NCBI GenBank assembly: GCA_030704615.1
Contig: CM060731.1
Span: 29,822,001 to 29,886,000, forward strand
Length of the DNA: 64,000 nt
Direction of reading: 5' to 3'
From: Takakia lepidozioides
Lineage: Eukaryota > Plantae > Bryophyta
The notes under the pieces: generated by a model
Seen by the model: only the letters and a program-made list of their open reading frames with translations
Database searches by the model: none
What the model was told of the DNA's origin: nothing
Shown: positions 1 through 12,000 of the stretch, piece after piece
How the letters are laid out: every line of letters starts with the position of its first letter
How positions within the stretch are numbered: position 1 is the first letter of the stretch
Made by a program: the position numbers and the translations under genes

Positions 1-20
1 CTGCTGATCTAAGGTAAGAA

Positions 21-3000
21 CTAGAGATTGACAATTTTCTGCAAGAGGACCAAATTCTCATACCTCTCAAATTTCTTTCTCTTCCCTGCCACCTTATTCA
101 ATCTTGACCTCAATGTGGGCTCGTTCTCAAGTCTGCATCCAGACTGCACTCTGCCAGAATGCTTGGAACCTGCCTCCAGTTTGAGGCGTCGCTTCGGTGC
201 AATGTCGTCACTCTCAGAAGACGAGTCCTGGACTGCCCTTTTCATGGACCCTCCTCTTCCCATTCTTCTCCTTCTTTTCTCTTCATCCGGATTTGGCGCT
301 CCTACTTTCACATCTTTGCTAGGTCTTGATGTGGGTGCCAGTTCTGTACTTTCCTCTTCCTGTCTTTCGGCTTGATCGACAGATGCATCCCTGCGTAAAT
401 TCCGAGTAAATTCTGATGTTAATTAAGAGGATCAGACAGACAGAGCAATAGAATGAAAAAAGAAATGAACAAGGAAGGAAACATTAAAATTTTGGCAAGA
501 AGACTTCTGCATCTCATAGTCAGGCGACAGATACTAGGAGGCCTCTGGGCCTTCTGCGGACAGAAGTTCTTTTTCTTCCTCTCTCTCCATTTTGTCCCAT
601 AAGCTCTATGAGCTTTCCGCGGACGTTATAAAGTACCATTTCATTTCATTTCTCTTCATTGACTGCTTTGTTTGTTATCAGTTCTTGTCCCATAAGCTCA
701 TTGGAATTCCTCTTGGCTTTTGAAGTCCCTTTCTTCAACTACCATTTCATTTCATTCCTTTCAATCCTCAAATCAAATTGAATTAAATCATACTCTGAGA
801 TATTTTCTAAGGTGGAAAGCATCATGTAGATATGCTGCCAGCAATCTCTGGCCCAAGGGATTTGGGTAGAATGACAAAGAACCACTGAAAACCAAATAGT
901 ATCACCAGTGAAACTGTAACCAGAAGACTACTCAAAGCTCAATAAGTTATTACACCCATAGGAGGCCAATGCAGATTAGGACACAAAAGACAACAGCAGG
1001 AAACCGAACCAAAAGAGACAAGAGCCACTATTGACTATTGATCATGCCCTTACTGGATTCCAGAGAGAGCAAAAAAAAAAAACATAAACAATAAACTTCA
1101 TAATGTCCAACAGAAGCTCGGAAAGCTTATGGGACCAAAACTCAAACAATTGCAATTACTGCGTCATACAAACCTGACAAAAACCTACCATACCACTACA
1201 GCTGCCCCAGTAACAACTAACCTGTGACATGTGACTACCAATTGACAGAACAACTAACATTGCGTTGGACTGCTACCCCAGTAGTCCAAGAGGGCCACAT
1301 GCAAGTAAAAGATAGAAACAAGCAAAGAAACTCTACAATGACCTCATGGACCGAGCACCCATAAGACAGTAGAACACCAAGTGGCCCACACCACTCACTG
1401 CCTGAAGATGAATGACAGCCCGACACAAAGATACGGAGGGTGACGAACATGACAAGTGAAAGCAGTCCAACGTACCTTAGATTATATTGAGCTTCTGGGA
1501 GGCAACCATTGTTGCTGAGAGCATCTTCTATCCAATGCTGGCTCACAACCTTCACCGAACCTAACCGTAGGAGCTTCCTCTCCTGGGGATCCAGACTGCA
1601 AACCAAGAGCCTGTTACACACTAGCGTTGAATACATCCATTCACAACCATTCAGTGGAAGGAGCCAACTACTTCTACTCGAGACATTCTCTCAAATTGTT
1701 TCTCAACAATATTATGCAGCAATATTTAAAAGCTTTATCAAGTAGCTTGACAGCATACATAGACCCATACATGTGGGGAACTGCACGAAATAAAATGTGG
1801 CCCTTAATTTCTTCTCCTATTTACTCGACAACCATCATCCTTGAACATGTCACACCTCCCCATGAGTTAAAACGAGAGACTTAAATTGGATACCAACCTT
1901 TGAAGAATTGTCTGGTATGGCAGAGGAGTTTCTGGTACAGTGTACACCACCATATGGGTTACATCACTATCAAATGTCTTGGACACCAATCCTTCATGCA
2001 TCGCAACCTCTAGAGCAAGTCTTCTTAAGGTGAGGGCTGCTACCGCTTGAGAATCAGAATTGCTGCACACACCCCAGCAATTATAGGCCATATGGGTGCT
2101 TACCGTTACATCTGGTAGGAATGAAATGAAATCTGGATGAAATTTCATTTCATCTGGTAGCAAATGAAATGGTACTTTATAATGTCCGCAGAAAGCTCAA
2201 AGACCTTATGGGACAAAATGGAAAAGCACATGAGAGAGGAAACAAAACCAGAGCCAAAAAAAACTACTACTGCTCGAGGGATGAAAGTGAAGAAATGAAA
2301 TGAAATGAAATGGTGCTTTATAACGTCCGCGGAAAGCTCATAGAGCTTATGGGACAAAATGGAAAGAAAACATGAGAGAGGAAACAGAAAACAGGAACAA
2401 AGAAAAGATATGATACAATGTAACGTACATGGAGTGGAGGGGCTGATGGAAGTAAACACGGCAGTCACTGAAGTGGCACCAGCTTGGTATGGGGCAATAC
2501 TTCTTCATGTAGTGCTCCAACTCTTGAATATCTGTTGCCTGGTTTTGGACATCCATGTTCACACATATCTGCAAACACAGGACTCCCTGTAAGTACAGTA
2601 ACCAGTGAATACATGCACTTGTTGACCAGGTATTGGAAACAGACGTAATTGCCTTCCAAAAGATAGATTGTACTCATAAGACGTTGTTTGCTGTAGCCTT
2701 GTGGCCATTGACCCCGCGCCCAGTTTGAGCGGGAACAAAAGGGACAGAACCTACCTCTGTCAGGGGCTGACGTTGGTAGTAAGACTTACCTCCATATAAA
2801 GAATTAATCCGGGTTTTCCAGATATCCTCTAGAAATCCCTTCACACAAGCATCAATCTGCTGTGTGTGATTTGCCCAAAAACTAGGCCTCAGGAGGGCCT
2901 GGGCTTTTGGCTCAGCCTCGAGACTTTCAAAGTTGGTAAACAGGGGTACTGGCACAATTCCCTTAATAGATTTGAAGAGAGCGTCTCTTTGGTGAGAGAA

Positions 3001-6000
3001 CCCCGGACAGTGTATCAGAAAATGAATACTGTCTTCAGATTGCCCACACAACGGGCAATTGCACTCTCCCTTTCCTCTCCGCTTCTGTTTGCTGTTCAAA
3101 GGTAGGCTTCCTGCCCTGAGTTTAAATTTCAGTCTAGTGCCGAGAGTGGGTAGACCCTTGAGGTCATCCAAGATGTCCTCCCCCATGTCACAGACTGGAA
3201 ACAAGTTCAGGGAAGTTTTCTGCCTAACTTCATTTTCATCAGACAATCTCATGGCAACAGACATGGCTGAGGACACTACAGCCTCTAAGTCAGATTTATC
3301 CAGCAGGGTCAAGACTTGCGGATCCAGGTCCAGGTCCTTGAGGATCTCTTCTACTCTCTTCTGCCAGGACTTAGCCTGTTTGACAGGGCGGTCCTGTTTC
3401 CAAGATATAGAGTCGATTAATTTAGGATATCTGGTGTTGGGCATATGTTGCAGCTGACCCCACCATCTGACCTTGAATTCATCTCGTCGGGAGCTTAAGG
3501 ACGGAATGCCAAACTCACCCCGAACAGCCACATTGGCTGTTTTGGAGCATGCTGACATACACTCCTTAAGCACCCCCACTTGAATGGATTCTAGAGACTT
3601 AGCTTGGTTGGAGTTATCAACCCATATAGCAGATCCGTACTCCAAGGCAGGTCAAATAACGCGACAAAGCATGGTTTTCTTAACCTCAGAGTTAAAGGTA
3701 AACAGCGATGAACTTATAATCCTCAAATCTCTTTTGCACATACAGACCTTTTGGGCCATTCTTTGTCTGCATGTTCAAGACTCTTGTCCCACCAGCTCCT
3801 AGTCCTGTGTTCATTACAATCTTCTTTTCTTCATTTTCTATTACTGCGCCTCTGTCACACTACTGGAGTGAGCCCCTCACAAAGGTAGTACCGATTCCCT
3901 ATGTTTCCGTCCAAACTGGGCACAGGGTCTATGGCCACCAGGCTATGGTACACCAAGTCTTATGAGTACATTCTATTACTTTGTCTCTGCCTATGCCTAC
4001 CTATCCTCGGCACTAGACTGAAATTTAAACTCATGGTAGGGAATCTACCTTTGAACAATAAACAGATGCAGAGAGAAAAGGGAGATTGTCAATGCCCAAT
4101 AATCCTGCGGCCTAAAGACAATATCCATTTTCTGATACAATGTACCGGGTATTCTCATCAGAGAGTAACCCTCCTCAGGACCATCAAGAACTTAGTCCCT
4201 GCACCTTTATTCACCAAATTTCAAAATCTCCTGAAGCTCTGGCCCTGTTGGGGTGGGCAGCTCACACACAGCTTGTGTGAAGGGCTTTCTAGAGGAAATC
4301 TGGAAAACCTGAACCATTTGTTTATACCAAGGTTAAGTCCCAGTACTGGAGTGAGCCCCTGACAAAGATAAGCGTATATTCCCTCTTGTTCTGCCCAAAC
4401 TGTGCGCGGGGTCTATGGCCACAAGGCCATGGCAAACATCTCATGAGTACATTCTGTCTGTTACAAAGTTACTTCCTAACTTCTGTTTCTCTATCAGTCT
4501 CAATGTACTCACTCAATGTACCTGCATCTAGAACAGCAGCACCAAGTGAATGGATGTAGCATTCCTATTTAAACTAAAAGAGTCCTGCCAGGCACCTGTT
4601 TGAGGTCTTTGACATCAAGGTCCATGAAGTACGAGTCCCCTAACTCATCCATGTCTGCCTTCATCTTTTCCTTTGTGGAGTCTGACATATTTAGGTAATA
4701 CCTGGAATTCCAAAGAACAGTCATCTCAGATTTTCCACACTAAAATATTTTGGTCAGTTGCAATCAATATACGAAGTCGAGTGAACAAGTGCACATGAGC
4801 CATTACGGAAATAGGTTGATGAGAGGTATGCCATGATGAAGCAGCTAACGGCTGTCTATCGTGCAGCTCCATGATAGATGACATATTTAGCCCTGCAGCT
4901 GCTATAACTCTAAAAAAGGCCAAAGTAGACAATGTGCCTGTTGAGACTCCCTGCAATTGTTAGCTACCAACATATCTTGAAGGCAGTACATGTGTGACTA
5001 AGGGTGTAGCCAACCTGAAATGGTTAGAGTGCTCATCAACCTGATGAAATAGGAATACAGAAGATTGAGTTTTTATTCTAGGCTGGCTTTGAATAAGGAA
5101 GCATACTGCAACCTTGTACCTGCACACAGAAGTGACATATGTGGCTCTATTCTACTGCCAGCACACTAGATAAATGGGACAGACAGAGGAAAACAAAGAC
5201 ACAGATGGCTTCATGACCCTATAATCTTTCAATTGCAAAGATATTGCGTACTTGGGCCCAACTGGAAGAAGTGCCTTCTGTGCGGTGCATTCAATAATCC
5301 AGGAGTAATGGATGACATCACCATGCCTTGCCGCTGCTTGGTATTTGATGCCTGCATTTGTAGATCCAAACCAGCATATGTAAGCCCGCCTCAATGTACC
5401 AACAGAATAGAAACCAGTCACTTGCTAGTTTTTATATCACTTCAATTTCCACTTCATGGGGTGGGATGAAAAGGATAAATGGAATAACAATTAGACCGCC
5501 AAATCTTATAAAAATTGATAAGCTTTCCAAGCAGGATAATGAATTGGTGAATTATTATCTCACTACAGACACCCCAGAAACTGTCACAGTATTTCAGGCC
5601 TGGATAACACTGCAATCATTTTTGTGGTTTCCAAAGGAAGAAAGGAACTATACACTCGTTTGATACTAAAGCTGCTACCGCTCTAACCCTCTCTGATAAT
5701 GTATTCTGACAAAGAAGGCATTCCTGCAGATTAAGAACCAGTGAATGTGACTGGCCATCTCAGGGTACACTGCCTGGCCTCAGGAAAATAAATAAAACAT
5801 TGTGGACCTTTTTTCTCAGCAGCAATTGATTGTGTAACAGCAGGGTTCAAATTCATAGAGAATGTGCCGCCATTTTCCACCACCATTTCGTGGAGCTTCT
5901 CTGTTGGGTAGTCGGACGCATTGTTAACAAAATCTGGTTGCATATGCTCAAAACTACAATCATTTCATATACCCACTTCCTTCAGCATGGCAGACATACA

Positions 6001-9000
6001 AATGAACAGCTCAACAATAATAATCTTTCAACCTCCAGCTATGGTTTCTACCTGTGTTTCGAAGTTGACCTAGGAAACAAAAACTTGAGCCGAATTGAAA
6101 CTTCTAGGGTGTAACATGCCCACTGATATGTCTTGCTGCTAGATCAAGTTCCAAAATCTATGTCTAAATTATCGAGGATAGGAACTCAACCAAAATTACC
6201 TAGTAATGGAATCACAATTACCTCCATGTCTTGGATTTCTACAAAACAGCCAACAGTAATACCCCTTAACAACACGAGCCCCCTCAGACAGCCAACAAGG
6301 GGCAAAAGGATACAAAAGTTAAGGGCCTTGAATATTCGTGTCGTCTGTTTGACATGGGAAACATCTGTCACCATCATGTGCGAGGGCACAAATGACTGCA
6401 GCTGAGCTTCAGACTTTGTCGGTCTTGATTTTCTTGCTCTGGCTTTGGGCAGGGTACCCCCCTCCTCCTTCCTGTCCCCTGAAGTGGCGCTCTTTGAATG
6501 TACTATATCTACCAGTGCTGCCATACACAGACGAAGAAATGGTCACCTACCGAAAAGACTGATCCTCGTGTCTGTTTGCGATCTAGAACTCGTGAAACCC
6601 GAATGAAAATTTCCAAAACTGCTCACAAAAGAGCTTGTCAGGGTAATAGAAAATGAACAATAAGGCATTGGGAGGAGCGAAAAGGCAACAGGAAAACTGA
6701 ATATCAATCATTGGGGCATGGGACTTACTCTGAACATCAAGACAATCATACCAAGGCTTGTCATAGCGCACTTTTTGCACCCGCGGAAACCGCAGGCTAT
6801 ATGGGGCTGCAAATGTCTGCATATCACCAACAATATCAACGGTAACTGTAACAATTGCAACAATTACACAACCCTTGTCTGACTTGGGTTTCCCACATTT
6901 GTTAACCTCATGCACGTAGTAGAAATCGAACGATACACTGACCTCCGACTCAATTGTGCGAATGTCGCTTGTAATTTGCAGAATAACTGACCTGCAATCA
7001 GACACATCACTATACCTTAATTAATCTACTAATGTAAAACAGTTGTCATTTTACATCTGTCCATGAGGGACTCAAGCAATGCTGCACAATGCCCGGCTGT
7101 GTCAAGGAACAAAGGGAGGACAAGAGACGGTCACGCACTTTTCCGGTTGGTCAATCCATACATCAGGCCGCTCCTTGGCAACATTTGTCACCACATAGAA
7201 GCTGGGAGGTTTGCTGCCTTTCTCATTCCGTCTGCACACACATACACATGAACAAATGATCTTCTGAAAACACAAACCATCCTGGAGGCACTAATGGGTT
7301 TACAACCCACCAAGGTGTGCCAAAACGTACATAAAACAGGCAGAATCAAGCCATGGAGCTGAAAGTTTTCACTGCCAACAGGCACGGATTAAGGGACAAA
7401 TGGAATGAAATGAAATGGACAACAAGGTTAGGTTGCAGAACACAATGTCCACAAGCAAGGGGTATCAACAGACCTGAAATAAGGCTTCAGTTTGTGCACC
7501 AAATGCTCTGACTCGTCATCTGTGAGGCCTGTCCCCACTTTGCAAAAAGAGTAAAACCTGCATCAGGCCGTATCTCTCATCAACATGTGCTGAGAACTTA
7601 CAAGTCTATGGCGAGGTGGTGTGGGTCAACCAAACAGATACTCCATTCCAGAGAGCTGAACATGGCACAATGATTTGCTTACAATATTGTCCAGATTACT
7701 TGAAGCATTGGGTGAGATTAGACTGTAGCTTTAAAGACAATCATGGCTAGTAAACTTCTTAATCCATTTGCTTGGATACAGAAAAAGAGAAAGAATTCAG
7801 CCCAGGTGCCATTAATGCTGCAAAACCATGTAATTACTCCAGGAGGAAAGTGGTTTTCTATGCCTCACAAGGCGGCATTGAACAGAGAGAATACAGTGTA
7901 TCCCTCCGTGGTTCACATCCAATGCAGAACCCTTCAACTCAACTTACAATATTGATTACTCCTCCATACAACCCAACACTCTTAGGCCAATGGCCCTCTA
8001 ACAAGCACATCAGTTCGTTTCCAAGCCTTATCCAAAATCAAACAGCATTAAAATCTTCTACAGAGCAAACATATCACAAAGTGTGCTCTATGTGTTCCGT
8101 GTGACTACAAGGAAAGTCCAACCAGTAGGTATACATCTTTTGTCTGGACAATTTTCATTGAATGTTTATTATATAACTGCATTATCTGCATTCATTTTGG
8201 TATATAAGGCAAACTAGCAGATGCTGCAGGGTTGGTTACTTATATGAGTCAAGACAGAGCTCATAGCCCTTCATGGTCATGTTTCTCGGATTTTACTACT
8301 TTTCTCATCCATTCAGTGACATCCGTGAATTCAAAATGTTTAATATCCCGTCTTAAAATTAGGTGACTCAAACTTTCTGATTTCCTCCCCAAGTCATGGT
8401 TCTGAACTAAACTTGCAGAACGACTAGGGTCAGCTTCCCTGCTCTTCCAACAATTATGCCAGAAAACACAATAAAGTTCTATGTGACATTACCAATTGAT
8501 AAGAACATGCAAATTATTAAAGGCCAGGGAAGTTTCACGAACTTTGTAGGGTGGCCACCTGCTATAGGCTTCTCAGCTAGTCCAAGGAGAAACTGTGCAA
8601 CCTGCCAATATCAGAAGAGAACAGTACCATTAGTGAGTGGAAACCAACTCGCCATACTTTCAAGAACTGCAGATTCTTCAGATAACAAGGAAAAGTAACT
8701 AACGTAGATCAGGATGAAAGTGCTAAAGCTCAGACAATCATGCTGAAGTGGCCGGCATAGATTTACACTATTCACAACTACAACTGCCACACGACATTTG
8801 AACTAGTCGTTTTCTTGGACAAAAGGTGGTGACAAACAGGTTCTGGGTCTTACCTCCCCACCATGCCTCCCTGATCCAAAATAGCCACCTTCATTTCAGA
8901 AACCATGCCACAAGAATGCTCTGTATTAGCAGCAAAACAAAGCACATTTCCATTTTCCAATGTCTGGTAGTCCAAGCAATACACATGGAAGATCCTATAA

Positions 9001-12000
9001 AATTATACTGTTCAAAAGGTGGACCAATGGACCATGGGACAAGTTCAAATGCAAAAGAGACCAAGAAAGGACACATCACAAGACACCAAAACTTAGGAGG
9101 AATCCCTCAAACAGGTCATCCATGCTCTGCCATAGAATGCAAGAAAGAAGCGACATATTGAAACAGGAAAGAACAAAGGGGGAAGAGAAATACCTATGAT
9201 AAGCGCATCAAGGTCAGAGTCAGAATGGAGGTAGTCTGGCTTGAGCTTCAACCATTTCCCACTTCGGTCACTAGGCTCCCACTTCGAGTCCAAGTCCTTC
9301 AACACCACTCCTTCATCTCTGCACATGGGACAGACAAGCCATTATAAATCCAGCATGTTCCTGGGCCTTAGTTCAACATGCATGAGTTGATAGATATGAC
9401 AGAATAACCACCATAATCAGGGTCAATGGTTATTTGTTCCCTTCCAAGCATCAAGACCACAGAGATAACCGAGGAGAAAAGATCGGTCTTCAACTCTGTC
9501 CTCTGTGGGGGGGCAAGTTCGTGCAATGATGGTTTCACAGCAACAATGGTGCACGCACAGTCAGATACCACTAGTAATCGAACATGCTGAGGAAACTTGC
9601 AAAACGCACCTGTTCTCAACTGTTTCCCGGAAGAAGTGTTCCACCTCATCAGCACTGTTGGCCAAGATCGACCATCGGGGTTCGCCTACAGCCAAGGCCA
9701 GAACATCAATTTAAGACTCCTCAATTTCTCGAGGCACAGCTAGGCCTACGGCACCAAGCCAGAAAAGCTAGTACAAACTACTATCTGGATGTTGACCACA
9801 TGCATTCTAACAGGATTCAAAGGGTTCAAAACGTCCAAAGCAATACTACTGAAATGCATATGGATATTTAAACTGAGTTTACAAGATACAGCCAACATCA
9901 CCAAAACTGAATGTCACAATATTAGTGTTTTCCAAACTCAACAGTCACTTCTTATCCGATTTTATAAATGAGGTTCAAGTTGAGCAGCAATACATGGCCC
10001 CAAGATACTCCTATGGACTCAGAGGCTATGCTGACTTCAGATACATCAATAACAAGGCCAGCCCAAATATCATACAGAAACGTCTGATTTCTAAGACTGC
10101 TTGCAAAGCTTTTGGAGAACAACAGAGGCAGAGCAGAGCCAGGAGATTCTCTCTACCTGGAGCACGATGGGAATTCAAGCCATCCTCTGGAAGGAGGACC
10201 TCAAGGCGACCCTTGACCGGACGTACAGCCTTCTTGAGTAATTGCTGCCGCTCCCGTAGTGGCTGGTGAATGACACTGGTGTCACCATTGTAAAGTATAT
10301 CAAATGCCACATCTGCTCCCTCACTTCGTCAAGGAAACCCCACACACAGATACCCTCTCCTTTTGTAGGAACTCTCCTTTTGTAGGATCTCTGGCCTTCC
10401 CTGGACTTCGTAATTTCTTTTCATTTATTTTTAAATTTCAGACACCCACACGCACTCTCGGTTGCGAAAAGACTGTGTAGCACTCAAAAGGATACAGCAC
10501 AGCTGCAAAAGACAAGCCAAAACCAGAGAAGTTATAGATCTCAAAAATAACAAAAAGCATGACAGGGAATGAGAAAACGCTTCAAAATTTTGTAAACATT
10601 TACCTGCTGGCCAGTGTCCAAGCCGTCTTTTGCTGCTTTTGCTGCACAACAGGTGTTAAGTGTGAGATCACATCCAATCTATGTTTATGGATATTTGGGT
10701 CACAGAAATGAAATAAAATGAAATGAAATGAAATGGTCCTTTAACGTCCGCGGAAAGCTCAAAGAGCTCATGGGACAAAATGGAAAATACAAGAGAGAGG
10801 AAACAAAAGCAAAGCCAAAAAACAGAGAAAGCCAAATAACTAGAAAAGAAGAGAGGGGTAAAAGAAACAAACGTGTGCTGGTAATGATGAACCACTATCA
10901 TCACTCCGTACCACTCTTTCTCAGAGGTTCAAGTAATAAACCGAGATCAAATGGTCATCGTATAAAATTTAGTGGTCGAGTTCTCACCAATCTCACGGTT
11001 TCTACCGAAATCTGCAAAACGATTGGACAGTCGATCCCACACCAGCATCTCGCCATCCAGTATACATCTGCTGATTTGAAGAAAGGTGAGTAGAAGACAC
11101 AACAGCACATCCCAAACAACTGCCGTTCAGTATCCATCCAGTTCTATTCCCAATTGCATGCAAATGAAGTAAGCCATGTATTTCAGGATGAGGAATGTAA
11201 CATCCCCAGGAAGCCCCTCAAATGAACTTCCGGGGTGGGTTGCTAGCCCTCAAACACCTCAAGACACAAAATCACTCTTTGAGGTCTTCACACAATGACT
11301 TCCAAAAGGTGACTAACGAGTAATCCACACTACAACTCTACCAACTTCTCAAACGTACTTATCAGGTAGAATATTCTGACACAGCACATCTGCTATAGCC
11401 TCTTTGAATTCGTCATGATCAATAAAGCTCCTGCACCACATCAAACTCATTGTCACAATGTCCAGATATCAAAGGACCTCCAATTGATGATGAAAAGGCT
11501 GAGCACACATGGAACTTCTCATACTAAGCAGATCCTACATGCTTGTAGATATTGCAATTGAGTGTCAACCTCTGTCCAAACATAACCGAGCTAAGGAGGA
11601 AGCAAACCAAAACATGTGGACAAGGTGTTGAAATAAATAAAAACCTGGACCAGAAGTGAAGTTCAGTGCCATTTTTGTGCACTTGAATGCGATCACCATC
11701 AAATTTGCATTCCACCAAAACTTGCTTGCCTCGCAGCTGTACCACACCAATGTGACCAGACAAATAATATGCCAAATAAAAACGATGATGTGGGTATGTG
11801 TCCACATGCCTGCTGGGCCTCCCATGAATGCAGTACATTTCCATGGGCCCTCAGGCGCCCCCATGTATACATTACAAAGTTTCTTTCTATCTGTTTTTCT
11901 TATCCTTCTTCTTTTTTCTCTCTGTCCTCCATTCTTCACCACACAACCAAAACACAAGCCAGGTACATGGCTTGATTCTCATTCTAGAGGCTGAAAGTTG

